DNA of 64,000 nucleotides from Candidatus Bathyarchaeota archaeon (lineage in GTDB: Archaea; Thermoproteota; Bathyarchaeia; TCS64), in NCBI GenBank assembly GCA_963769425.1, contig CAVYLP010000006.1, positions 224,001-288,000 on the forward strand, in the 5' to 3' direction. The number at the start of each line of letters is the position of its first letter. The first letter of the stretch is position 1. Below the pieces are notes generated by a model, which was not told the DNA's origin, made no database searches, and saw nothing but the letters and a program-made list of their open reading frames with translations. Position numbers and translations under genes: made by a program. Positions 49,341-58,674 of the stretch are shown one piece after another.

Positions 49341-49679
49341 ATGGAGAAGAAGGACTTCAAGAGGCTCTTCCCGAACCTCGCTGACGAGATGGACTCGGGG
49401 ACCTCCAAGGTCGACCTCAACAAGGCGATCGAGCCGCCGCCCTCCACGGAGCCAAGTTATAAGGAGGACAGGAGATACGCCGGTTACCAACCCGGCGTCA
49501 TCGACTTCATCCGCAGATGCAAGAAGCCCCAGGAGGCCGATGAGATCATAACCTACCTCGAGAAGAGGAGCGAAGTCTCAGGCGACGAGGCGAAGACGCT
49601 CCGAAAGCAGCTCAAGGAAGGCGGTCTTCGGAGCTTCGGTCCCCCGAAGAAGATTGGCGACTACGAGAGATCGAGCTAA
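49341..49679 (+). CDS. conserved archaeal protein (DUF2095-like)
   Basis: FP.LA.E, GY.P.VIDFIRRC, GLRSFG; recognised from memory of the family. Confidence 0.75.
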   Translation: MEKKDFKRLFPNLADEMDSGTSKVDLNKAIEPPPSTEPSYKEDRRYAGYQPGVIDFIRRCKKPQEADEIITYLEKRSEVSGDEAKTLRKQLKEGGLRSFGPPKKIGDYERSS

Positions 49680-49744
49680 AAACATACCAACACCATTCAG
49701 TCGGGAATTTAAAAGACCTATAAGCGTCCGCCATACAGTATATA

Positions 49745-50074
49745 GTGATGTCTTTCTCAGAGCGCAGAGCGATTCTACTTAGAATACTCGAGATCGAGAC
49801 CAACATTAAGGACATCGAGCACAGCAAGGACTACCTAGTCACGAGGCGGGATCTCAAGGCACTCGAACACTTCGGGAGCGGCGGTGGAAGGATAACGATC
49901 TCCTCGCTCGAGGACCTAGACAGGACGGTTGAGGTCAGGAAGAACAGCCCCGAGCTCGGGGAGTATATTGCCCGATACAAGGAGAGAATGAGGGGTGATC
50001 TGGAGCGCCTCCACAGCCTCAACTCCGAGAAGACGAAGCTCAGGGCGGAACTCATGAGCACAGTGGTCCACTGA
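49745..50074 (+). CDS. hypothetical coiled-coil protein
   Basis: 109-aa ORF with AT-rich promoter-like upstream region. Confidence 0.6.
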   Translation: MMSFSERRAILLRILEIETNIKDIEHSKDYLVTRRDLKALEHFGSGGGRITISSLEDLDRTVEVRKNSPELGEYIARYKERMRGDLERLHSLNSEKTKLRAELMSTVVH

Positions 50075-50187
50075 CCATCATAACCACTTTTAACGTCAGA
50101 AAAGCCCGAAAAATGCCCTTATAGGGGTGTTATTCATCGACCTCTTTTTAAGCGGCGGAGCCTGCTCACTGCTGAGAAGGTCGGTAT

Positions 50188-50496
50188 TTGGGAAAGAAGA
50201 AAGTGCTGAGCGAGAAGAACCTCCACACGATGGTCCTTCCATCGAAGAACGACGTACTGGGGATAGCCCAGAAGATGCTCGGCTTCGACAGGGTCAGCGT
50301 AAAGTGTCAAGACGGTAACGTGCGCATCTGCCGCATCAGGGGCAAGATGAAGCGCCGCACGTGGATACGCGAGGGCGACATCGTCCTCGTAAGCCCCTGG
50401 GACTTCCAGACGAACGAGCGCGGAGAGATATTCTGGCGCTACACGCAGGGGCAGGTAGAGGAACTCAGGCAGAAGGGCATCCTCCTCGTAGAGTAG
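50188..50496 (+). CDS. eif1a: translation initiation factor aIF-1A
   Basis: C.DG..R.CRI.GKMKRR.WI..GD.VLV.PW, WRY. Confidence 0.96.
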   Translation: MGKKKVLSEKNLHTMVLPSKNDVLGIAQKMLGFDRVSVKCQDGNVRICRIRGKMKRRTWIREGDIVLVSPWDFQTNERGEIFWRYTQGQVEELRQKGILLVE

Positions 50497-50622
50497 CCGG
50501 CGCCTAGAGCCAGAGATTCTGAATTAGCCATCAAGCTAAATATTTTTTTCGTTATTTACAGTAGCGTATGATAGCGGGCCGAAAAGGGTTTTAGACCCGC
50601 ACCCCAAGCAATAACGATACTC

Positions 50623-51831
50623 ATGCCGCCTCTCGTAGGACTCGTAGGCAAGGCAAACGTAGGCAAGAGCACGTTCTTCGCAGCCGCTACACTCAAACCC
50701 GTCGAGATAGCAAACTTCCCCTTCACCACCATCAAGGCCAACAGGGGGGTCGGCTATCTCCGCACCCCATGCGTCTGCAAAGAGTTCCACGTCCAGGACC
50801 AGCCGAACAACAGCGCCTGCATCGACGGCATCCGACTCGTCCCCATCGACCTCATAGACACCCCCGGCCTCATCCGCGGCGCCCACGAGGGAAAGGGACT
50901 CGGCAACCAGTTCCTAGACGAGGTCCGCCGAGCAGACGCCCTCATAGTCGTCTGCGACGCCGCTGGATGCACAGACGAGGCGGGGCAGAGCTGCGCCCCT
51001 GGCGCCCACGACCCCATAGATGACATCAAGCTCTTCGAGGAGGAGTTCGACGCCTGGCTCTACGGCATAGTAGTCAAGGATTGGGAGCGCCTCGCCCGCA
51101 CAGCCGAGATGAAGCACGAGGAGATATGGAAGCACCTCGACGAGAAGATAAACGGCCTCGGCATAACCCGCAACCACATACAGAGCGCCTGCGAGAGGGC
51201 GAAGCTCAACCCGTTCAAGGCCGCCCAGTGGACGAAGGCCGAGCTACGGGGCTTCTGCACCGAGCTCAGGAAAGTCTCGAAGCCCCTCATCGTCGCCGCT
51301 AACAAGGCGGACAAGGACCCGGCCTCGGAGAACATCGAGAAGATCAGGGCAGCTGGCTATAGGGTCGTCCCCACCTGTGCTGAGGCGGAGCTCGCCCTGC
51401 GCCGAGCCGCCGAGGCGGGCCTCGTCAAGTACACCCCCGGCGACAAAGACTTCACGATCCTTCAACCCGAAAAGCTCAACCCAAACCAGATCAAGGCCCT
51501 TGAGAGCATCCGCGAGAGGGTATTCAAGAAGTGGGGCAGTACTGGCCTGCAGGACGCAATAAATGAGGCGTTCTACAGCCTCCTAGACATGATAGTCGTC
51601 TTCCCCGTCGAGGACGCGGAGAAGCTCACCGACAGCAAGGGCAGGATCCTCCCCGACTGCTTCCTCGTCCCGAAGGGTACAACCGCCCGCCAATTCGCCG
51701 GCGTCATCCACACCGACCTCGCCAAGAGCTTCCTATTCGCCGTCGATGCACGCACAAAGAGGCGACTTGGAGAAGCTCAAGTACTCAAGGATAAAGACGT
51801 TATACAGATAGTATCAGCGAAGAAAGGGTGA
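50623..51831 (+). CDS. ychF: OBG-family ATPase YchF (archaeal type)
   Basis: GKANVGKST, NFPFTTI, D.PGL..GAH.G.GLGN.FL, ANK.D, TGS domain IHTD. Confidence 0.93.
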   Translation: MPPLVGLVGKANVGKSTFFAAATLKPVEIANFPFTTIKANRGVGYLRTPCVCKEFHVQDQPNNSACIDGIRLVPIDLIDTPGLIRGAHEGKGLGNQFLDEVRRADALIVVCDAAGCTDEAGQSCAPGAHDPIDDIKLFEEEFDAWLYGIVVKDWERLARTAEMKHEEIWKHLDEKINGLGITRNHIQSACERAKLNPFKAAQWTKAELRGFCTELRKVSKPLIVAANKADKDPASENIEKIRAAGYRVVPTCAEAELALRRAAEAGLVKYTPGDKDFTILQPEKLNPNQIKALESIRERVFKKWGSTGLQDAINEAFYSLLDMIVVFPVEDAEKLTDSKGRILPDCFLVPKGTTARQFAGVIHTDLAKSFLFAVDARTKRRLGEAQVLKDKDVIQIVSAKKG

Positions 51832-51833
51832 TC

Positions 51834-52763
51834 ATGATGAAGGACGTTAAGGTTCTGGTTTGCGACCCCATCGACGAGGTGGGGGTTAAACTGCTCAAGG
51901 AGGCCGGCTACCACGTTGACCTTAAGACGGAGATAACTGCCCCCGACCTCGTGAAGGTCGCCGGCACCTACGACGCCCTGGTTGTGAGGAGCCGCACGAA
52001 GGTCACGAAGGAGGTCCTGCAGGCGGGGAAGCCGAAGCTCAAGATAGTCGCCCGCAGCGGAGTCGGTCTCGACAATGTCGACATTGAGGCAGCGAAGGAC
52101 CTCGGCATCCAGGTGGTCAACAGCGCCGAGGCACCCAGCAACGCCGTCGCCGAGCTGGTCCTCGGCTACATGCTCAGCCTCAGCCGTAACATCTCCCGGG
52201 GCGACGCCTCGATGAAGCGGGGCGAGTGGGCGAAGAACAAGCTCACAGGCTTCGAGCTGAGTGGCAAGACGATGGGCATCGTCGGTTTCGGCCGAATAGG
52301 CTTCCTCGTCGGGAAGAAGACGAAGGCACTCGGGATGCGCGTCCTCTGCTATGACGTTCTCATCGACAAGATGATGAACTTCGTACAGGAGGCCGGCGCC
52401 GAGTCCGTGCCACTCGACAAGCTCCTCGCCGAGTCCGACTTCGTCACTGTACACGTCCCACTCCTACCCCAGACGAAGCACATGTTCAACGCCGCCACTA
52501 TCGCCAAGATGAAAAAGGGCGCCTACATCATCAACGCCGCCCGCGGAGGCATCATTGAGGAGAAAGCACTCGTCGACGCCCTCAAGAGCGGCCACCTTTC
52601 CGGTGCTGCCCTCGACGTCTACGAAGAGGAGCCAACGAAGAACATGGAACTCGTCAAGTTGGAGAGCGTCGTTTGCACCCCCCACATCGGCGCCGAGTCT
52701 AAGGAGGCGCAGCTCGGGAACAGCACAATCGTCGCCGAGAAGCTCGTCAAAACCCTCGGCTGA
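51834..52763 (+). CDS. D-2-hydroxyacid dehydrogenase (SerA-like, no ACT domain)
   Basis: R.GVG.DN.D, G.VGFGRIG, HVPL, IN.ARG, LDVY.EEP, TPHIGA. Confidence 0.9.
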   Translation: MMKDVKVLVCDPIDEVGVKLLKEAGYHVDLKTEITAPDLVKVAGTYDALVVRSRTKVTKEVLQAGKPKLKIVARSGVGLDNVDIEAAKDLGIQVVNSAEAPSNAVAELVLGYMLSLSRNISRGDASMKRGEWAKNKLTGFELSGKTMGIVGFGRIGFLVGKKTKALGMRVLCYDVLIDKMMNFVQEAGAESVPLDKLLAESDFVTVHVPLLPQTKHMFNAATIAKMKKGAYIINAARGGIIEEKALVDALKSGHLSGAALDVYEEEPTKNMELVKLESVVCTPHIGAESKEAQLGNSTIVAEKLVKTLG

Positions 52764-52815
52764 CCCACGCCAAGCTTAAGAGGACTCACGCCACCAATAA
52801 GGAACTCCACGCGAG

Positions 52816-54105
52816 TTGACTATAATGAAGGTCATAATCGGGGCGGGCCTATCTGGGCTCAGCGCCGCATACCACATGGGCAACGGCTACAAAGTCCTCG
52901 AGAGGGAAGGCGAGGTGGGTGGCCTCTGCCGCAGCGTTACCACGAGGGGCTACACATTCGACCTCGCACCGCACATCTTCTTCACGGGCAGCCAGTACGT
53001 GAACGGCCTCGTCAACGAGCTCCTCAACGGCGACCTCATCAAGCAAAGGCGCCGCGCATACATCTACCTCCGCGGCACCTACGTCGAGTACCCCTTCGAG
53101 GTAAACCTCCACGGCCTCCCTCAGAGTGTCATCGACGAGTGTATAGAGGGCGCCCGCAACAGACCCAACATCAAGCCCCGGAACTTCATGGAGTGGATCA
53201 AGACCACAATGGGGGAGGGCGTCGCCAAGCACTACATGATCCCCTACAACGAGAAGATCTGGAAGTACCCCCTCGAGGAGATGAACCTCGACTGGGTAGC
53301 GGGGAGGGTACCGGCACCGAGCGTGGAGGAGATGGTGAAGGGGGCTCAGGGTAAGGTGGAGAGGGAGTACGGCCCCAACGCCTACTTCCAATACCCAAGA
53401 GTAGGTGGCATAGGCGCAATCCCAACCGCCTTCGCCAAGAGGGTCACCGACATCTCACTCAACTCGAACGTCCACGAGATACGCCACAACGGGAAGCGCC
53501 TCGACGTGCTCTACACTCGAAACGGGGAGCCGAAGAGGCTCGAGGCGGACCGAGTGCTATCCTCGGTCCCCCTCCCCGAGCTCGTGAAGATGATAAAGTC
53601 AGCCCCTGAGGAGGTCGTCAAGGCTTCTGAGAGGCTCGTCTACAACAGCCTTGCCTGCTTCAACATCGGCGTGGACCGCGAGGCCATCAGCGACAAGCAC
53701 TGGTTGTACTTCCCAGAGAAGGAGTACATCTTCAACAGGATCAGCTTCCCCATGAACCTCTCGCCCGAGACAACCCCCAAGGGTAAGAGCAGCATAGTGG
53801 TCGAGGTCACATACAGGGGAGCCAAACCCGACCCAGGGGAGACGAAGGAGAGGGTAAGGGAGGGCCTCGTCCGCGCCCAGATACTCCGCGAAGACGACGA
53901 ACTCGAGGTATTTGACACCTTGGACTTCAAATACGCCTACGTAGTATACGATATGCAGCATCGGGGAAACGTTAATCTGATCCAGACCTACCTAGAATCT
54001 CTCAGAGTCTCCTCCATGGGGCGGTTCGGAGAGTGGGAATACCTCAACATGGACAAGGCCATCCTCTCGGGGAAGAGAGCGGCGGAGGAAGAAAAAAGAA
54101 AATGA
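52816..54105 (+). CDS. FAD-dependent oxidoreductase (HemY/UDP-galactopyranose mutase-like)
   Basis: IIGAGLSGL, GGLC.S, F.YP..GG, GRFGEWEY.NMD; coupled to a glycosyltransferase gene. Confidence 0.85.
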   Translation: MTIMKVIIGAGLSGLSAAYHMGNGYKVLEREGEVGGLCRSVTTRGYTFDLAPHIFFTGSQYVNGLVNELLNGDLIKQRRRAYIYLRGTYVEYPFEVNLHGLPQSVIDECIEGARNRPNIKPRNFMEWIKTTMGEGVAKHYMIPYNEKIWKYPLEEMNLDWVAGRVPAPSVEEMVKGAQGKVEREYGPNAYFQYPRVGGIGAIPTAFAKRVTDISLNSNVHEIRHNGKRLDVLYTRNGEPKRLEADRVLSSVPLPELVKMIKSAPEEVVKASERLVYNSLACFNIGVDREAISDKHWLYFPEKEYIFNRISFPMNLSPETTPKGKSSIVVEVTYRGAKPDPGETKERVREGLVRAQILREDDELEVFDTLDFKYAYVVYDMQHRGNVNLIQTYLESLRVSSMGRFGEWEYLNMDKAILSGKRAAEEEKRK

Positions 54106-54830
54106 TTACTGTAGTCGTGCCAACATACAACGAGGAGAAGAACATAGAGCGCTGCCTCCGAGCCCTGAACAATCAGAACATCCCGAGGGAATCGTACGAG
54201 ATCATAGTAGTCGACGGCGACAGCAAGGACAGGACGAGGGAGATCGCCTCGAAGTACGCGGACAAAGTTATCCAGCAGGTGAGCTCCGGGGTCGGCGGAG
54301 CCCGAAACGACGGCGCGATGGCCGCGAGCGGGCAGATAGTCGCGACGACCGACGCCGACTGCATCCCAGACGAGGACTGGCTGCACACGATTCTCGAGGA
54401 CTTTAGCGATGACGAGGTAGTCGCGGTCACCGGATACCTCGACCCGATGATCCCGGAGGAGATGGCGTGGATGAGGGGTGGGACCTACTACTACGCCTTC
54501 AAGGTCGCCAACGGCCTACGCTGGGCCGGCTCGAAGGTTGGCTACCACCACCTCTGCGGGGCGAACACGGCCTTCCGCAGGGACGCCTTCCTCAAGGTGG
54601 AGGGCTACAGGGACCTCGCCTACTCGGACGACGTAGAGATAGGCAGGAGGCTGAGGGCACACGGAAAGATGGCGATGGATGACCGCATACAGGTCGACTA
54701 CTCCATCCGCCGCATCCAGAAGCTAGGCATCGCTAAGTACACCTGGATGATTATGAAGAACGACTTTAACGTCATAATCCTCGGCAACAAGCCCACGAAG
54801 GGCAGCTATGCCAAGCAGAATTATAACTAA
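54102..54830 (+). CDS. glycosyltransferase family 2
   Basis: VVVPTYNEE, VVD.DS.D.T, ARN.G, TDAD, G.N.AFRR. Confidence 0.93.
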   Translation: MITVVVPTYNEEKNIERCLRALNNQNIPRESYEIIVVDGDSKDRTREIASKYADKVIQQVSSGVGGARNDGAMAASGQIVATTDADCIPDEDWLHTILEDFSDDEVVAVTGYLDPMIPEEMAWMRGGTYYYAFKVANGLRWAGSKVGYHHLCGANTAFRRDAFLKVEGYRDLAYSDDVEIGRRLRAHGKMAMDDRIQVDYSIRRIQKLGIAKYTWMIMKNDFNVIILGNKPTKGSYAKQNYN

Positions 54831-55084
54831 AAGCGTGCGCGTCAGGTTGGATTGAGACTGAGATGTTATTATTGACGCGTTCAACTGCTGTCGGATATCT
54901 GACCGCGTCAGCTTTATGACTGAACTGACCAATTGCTTCGTATTCGGAGCTGATCTTTGCTTGACTATGATGAGATAAAAAGAAAATAATTAAAAGTTAA
55001 TTCTAAAATCCTGCGCTTTGCCTAGTAAGAACAGAGACGGGGAGCATCCGACGATTGAGACTTTGATTAACGAGATGTCTCAGT

Positions 55085-55276
55085 CTAATCCGCATCATCG
55101 CGGATGTTGTTGGCTTTCTTTCGTGGGTTCCATACAATCCCAACTAGAGCTAATATTATTCCTACGACTGGTAGTCCAACGAGAGTCATAGAAAATCCTT
55201 TTAGAACAAGAAGGATGGCGCCTATCACGATGAGTATGCAACCCATTAAGATGAGTCTCAGTTTCATACTATTCAT
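55085..55276 (-). CDS. small two-TM membrane protein
   Basis: Strong SD GGAGGTGA before the ATG; two hydrophobic stretches. Confidence 0.7.
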   Translation of the reverse strand: MNSMKLRLILMGCILIVIGAILLVLKGFSMTLVGLPVVGIILALVGIVWNPRKKANNIRDDAD

Positions 55277-55309
55277 AATTTCACCTCCTCTCCCTATTCT
55301 ATTGAATCG

Positions 55310-56056
55310 TTACTTCCATTTTGTTAATATCTCCTCTCTGCGGAATGTAGCCTTTGCAGCGTAAAGGAGAAACAAGTCAATTATCAAAAGAATCCCAGCA
55401 ATGATGAGCAGGTTGCCAGCATCGCCGAGATTAATTAGACCAAGTTCACCAGCGACGTATATTCCTCCGAAGGGGAGCACCAACAGAAATCCAAACTGCT
55501 GCGCGACGCGAACATCGCTCACCCTCGCAGAGATGATGACATTCCATTCGACACTCATTACAGCTGCGAGAGGCACCATCAGAAAAAGGATGATGCCGGT
55601 ATTCCAGTTGGGGAAAAAGTAGTAGCCCAAGGTGGCATATGTCGTCAGATCCATGAGAACCATGAAGAGTGCGGCTCCTCCTAAGATGGATGCTATCGGA
55701 GGTAGGAACGCCGAGATTCCCTTCCCAAGCAATATCTCCTCATCGGTCGTTGGGGTGGCCAGAAGCGGCTCTAGGCTCTTCTCGACTTTCTCACCGACGA
55801 TGCTGTATGAGGCGAGAGTTGTCGGAATCATGCCTGCGAGGATGAGGTAGAAGAAAGAAAATGCTGGTAGAAGTATCGTAAGCACCGATGCTGGGATCCC
55901 GCTTGAACCGTTTCTATGTCCGGCAAGCTCGATCACAGCCGGGAAAAGTAATGAGACAATGAGGGGTATGATGAGGATTGAGTAGATTATGTTCTTCTTC
56001 TTGAAGAATACCTTGAAGTCCTTCGAAGCGATGATCCATGATTTTGAGAGTCTCAT
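55310..56056 (-). CDS. ABC-2 type permease
   Basis: SIVGEK..K.LEPLLATP....I..GK; about 6 TM segments. Confidence 0.9.
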   Translation of the reverse strand: MRLSKSWIIASKDFKVFFKKKNIIYSILIIPLIVSLLFPAVIELAGHRNGSSGIPASVLTILLPAFSFFYLILAGMIPTTLASYSIVGEKVEKSLEPLLATPTTDEEILLGKGISAFLPPIASILGGAALFMVLMDLTTYATLGYYFFPNWNTGIILFLMVPLAAVMSVEWNVIISARVSDVRVAQQFGFLLVLPFGGIYVAGELGLINLGDAGNLLIIAGILLIIDLFLLYAAKATFRREEILTKWK

Positions 56057-56973
56057 TTGGTCTGCCTCACTAGTTTCAGATAGGCGTCCTCCAGAGTTGA
56101 GCCAACTACAGTGACAGTTTGAATTTGGCCACCAGCTCGAACTAGTGTATCCACGATTATGGGATTCTCTTTTTCTGGATTTGTTACGTCGATGATCAGC
56201 TTGTTGCCGTCAGCGGCGATGTTCCCAATCGACAGCCCCTTCAATGCAGCAATAATTGCATCGTTTACCTGATCCAGCTGAATTTCGGTCTTCCTACCGC
56301 TTACCGACCGCTCGAGTTCCTCAGGGGTGCCCACAGCCATTAGTTTGGTGTTCAGTATCGCAATCCTGTCGCAGATCCTCTGGGCCTCATCGAGGTTGTG
56401 GGTGTTCAGAAATATTGTTCTTTTTTCCTTCTTGAGTTCGACTATGAAGTCTCTGACTGTTTTCGAGGCCTCTGGGTCTAGGTTCGCCGTCGGCTCGTCC
56501 ATGAAAAGGACCTGCGGATCGTGCACAAGAGAACGTGCTATAGCGAGTTTCTGGCTCATTCCTTTAGAAAACGTACCTGCTGCGACATCCTTTTTCTCCC
56601 AGAGACCCAGCATCGTGAGCAAACGTCTGATGTTTTCCTTCCTTTGCCCTTCAGTGCAATCGTAGAGTTTCCCATAGAAGTCTAAGTTATCATATGCGCT
56701 TAATTCATTGTAGAGACCAACGTTGTCTGGAACGATTCCAATTAGCTTCCTGATCTTTAAGGAATCCTCCTTATTACTCACGTCGTAATCTGAGATCCTT
56801 GCCTCTCCGCCGGTCTTTGATATGAGGCAGCTTAGGATTCTCACAGTGGTCGTCTTCCCTGCACCGTTGGGCCCGAGGAAACCAAATACCTCTCCCTCTT
56901 TAACATTGAAGGTGAGTCCATCTACCGCCGTTATTTCGCCGAACTTCTTAGTGAGATTCTTTGTCTCGATCAA
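56053..56973 (-). CDS. ABC transporter ATP-binding protein
   Basis: GPNGAGKTT, FSKGM, MDEPT, TH. Confidence 0.95.
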   Translation of the reverse strand: MIETKNLTKKFGEITAVDGLTFNVKEGEVFGFLGPNGAGKTTTVRILSCLISKTGGEARISDYDVSNKEDSLKIRKLIGIVPDNVGLYNELSAYDNLDFYGKLYDCTEGQRKENIRRLLTMLGLWEKKDVAAGTFSKGMSQKLAIARSLVHDPQVLFMDEPTANLDPEASKTVRDFIVELKKEKRTIFLNTHNLDEAQRICDRIAILNTKLMAVGTPEELERSVSGRKTEIQLDQVNDAIIAALKGLSIGNIAADGNKLIIDVTNPEKENPIIVDTLVRAGGQIQTVTVVGSTLEDAYLKLVRQTK

Positions 56974-57046
56974 TTAGTGTCATTCCTACGGGTGTGTCTA
57001 TTTAATTTGATAAAAGAGTCAAGGAACCATATAATCTTCATAGCAA

Positions 57047-57544
57047 TCATCTATCCCAAGGAAGTAAGTGCTTCCACTTTGTATCCTTGTAAACCAGCCA
57101 ATACCAGAGGTTAATCATAATCGGTACCATCGTCACAATAATGACCAATGAAACAAAATACCATGTCAGATCCTCTAGATGATTCATAATATGATGAAAT
57201 ACAATAATATCCGTTGCTGAAACCACTATGAAGATGATGATTACAAATCTCGCGAAGAGACCAGGCTTATGGGTTCCAGTTGCACTGATCCTTAGAGCTT
57301 CCTTTCCTTCATCAGTCAGTGTGTAAGCTCCATCCGAAGATTGGATTACTAAGCCCTGTAATTTACTTAGGTGAAACTGTAGGAGGCCGCTGCTCTCAAT
57401 ACCGAGGGCCTTCTTCATCTCAGAAAATTCTCGAGTGGAGTTGTTTAGCAGTTCAAGGATCCTGATTCTCGTGGGGTGACCTAATGCTTCGAAAAGCTCT
57501 GCCCTATCGACATTGAAGCTGTTCCCCGATCCTTCACTGCCCAT
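57047..57544 (-). CDS. membrane-anchored ArsR-type wHTH regulator
   Basis: FEALGHPTRIRIL...LQFHL.KL...Y.LT.EG followed by two hydrophobic helices. Confidence 0.85.
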   Translation of the reverse strand: MGSEGSGNSFNVDRAELFEALGHPTRIRILELLNNSTREFSEMKKALGIESSGLLQFHLSKLQGLVIQSSDGAYTLTDEGKEALRISATGTHKPGLFARFVIIIFIVVSATDIIVFHHIMNHLEDLTWYFVSLVIIVTMVPIMINLWYWLVYKDTKWKHLLPWDR

Positions 57545-57738
57545 GATTAGGAAGTTGCTCGGGCTGTTAATAATACCTCATTCATTGACCATATTAAAGA
57601 ATATTTGAATGTTTGAACTTCATGAAGTCAATGAAAGGCGATATCAAGTGAGACGCGCGCTATACACTCAATAAATAGAAAGAGAGAATCTCACCAATAA
57701 TAACTAGAAAAGACGGAGGGGCTAAGGACCTGGGGTTC

Positions 57739-58191
57739 TTACTTTCTGCAGACCCAGTTCAGGTCCTTGTCGGCCTTGATGTGTGGGCTCGCGGGGTCAA
57801 CCATTATGACCTCGTACCACTTGTTCACGCCGTCCTGCCAGACCCAGTAGCTGTTCAGCACTTCAAGGTTGATGAACTTCTTTGAAGCGCGCTGCTCGGC
57901 TATGAGTTGTATGCTCTTCGCGGGGGTGAACTTCGTCACACCCATCTTCTTTGGCCTGCGGCCTAGGATGGCTCTGAGCTTGTGTGCGCCACCGCGGCGG
58001 ACGCGTACGCGTACCACCACTATGCCTTTCTTGGCCTTGTAGCCAAGCCTGTGGGCGCGGTCTAGACGCGTCGGCTTATCGACCCTGTTGACGGCGGGCT
58101 GCCGCCTCCAGGCGACGACGCGCTGGCGCATGAGATCCTGCACGTAGCTCTTCGCCGGACGTTTCCAAGCCTCTTCGAGGTGCCGGTACAT
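57739..58191 (-). CDS. rpl15e: 50S ribosomal protein eL15 (short form)
   Basis: PTRLDRA.RLGYKAK.G, VRRGG, LEVLNSYWV..DG..KWYEVI.VDP. Confidence 0.96.
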   Translation of the reverse strand: MYRHLEEAWKRPAKSYVQDLMRQRVVAWRRQPAVNRVDKPTRLDRAHRLGYKAKKGIVVVRVRVRRGGAHKLRAILGRRPKKMGVTKFTPAKSIQLIAEQRASKKFINLEVLNSYWVWQDGVNKWYEVIMVDPASPHIKADKDLNWVCRK

Positions 58192-58257
58192 TGACGGATT
58201 CTCCTTTGCGAAGCCTTAGAGAAGTTCGCGGCCTAATAAATGTAATGGGGTACCGCT

Positions 58258-58674
58258 TCAACGGGTGATTAGTCCGTCGACGGCTAGGTGGCGTCTCTGG
58301 CGAAGATAGACAACAGGAATGCTCTTCTCCCTCAGCAGCCTCCTTAGCTCGGAGTCCGTCGTCGCCACAACACTGCCGCCACTGGCGGCGAGACGGATAA
58401 GGTGCTTATCCACCTCCTCCCCAGGCTTCAGTTTCTCGTCGAGGATGGTGATCCTCTCCGCAAAAGCCAATGCGAAATCTATCTCCTTCTCCTCACCCGG
58501 CTTCACCCGGGTCTTAAGCCACCTAAGTTCATCAACGATCGCTGTTGTTGTGGCCAGTTTGAAAGAGGACTCGATGATCCGGTTCAGCTCTGCCTCGACG
58601 TCGACGCCGAACCTTATGGATACCATCAGAAAGTTTGTGTCCAAAAGGACCAGGGTCGGCTCCCTAGTGGGCAT
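58258..58674 (-). CDS. PIN-domain protein (Fcf1/Utp24-like)
   Basis: LLDTNFL, EL, VD, VAT.D.EL, PV.YLR; canonical position after eif2g. Confidence 0.88.
   Translation of the reverse strand: MPTREPTLVLLDTNFLMVSIRFGVDVEAELNRIIESSFKLATTTAIVDELRWLKTRVKPGEEKEIDFALAFAERITILDEKLKPGEEVDKHLIRLAASGGSVVATTDSELRRLLREKSIPVVYLRQRRHLAVDGLITR

Larger units (their letters stand above)
54831..57720. other. AT-rich insert carrying a regulator and ABC-2 exporter
   Basis: Lower GC and different codon usage between the GT2 gene and rpl15e. Confidence 0.7.
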
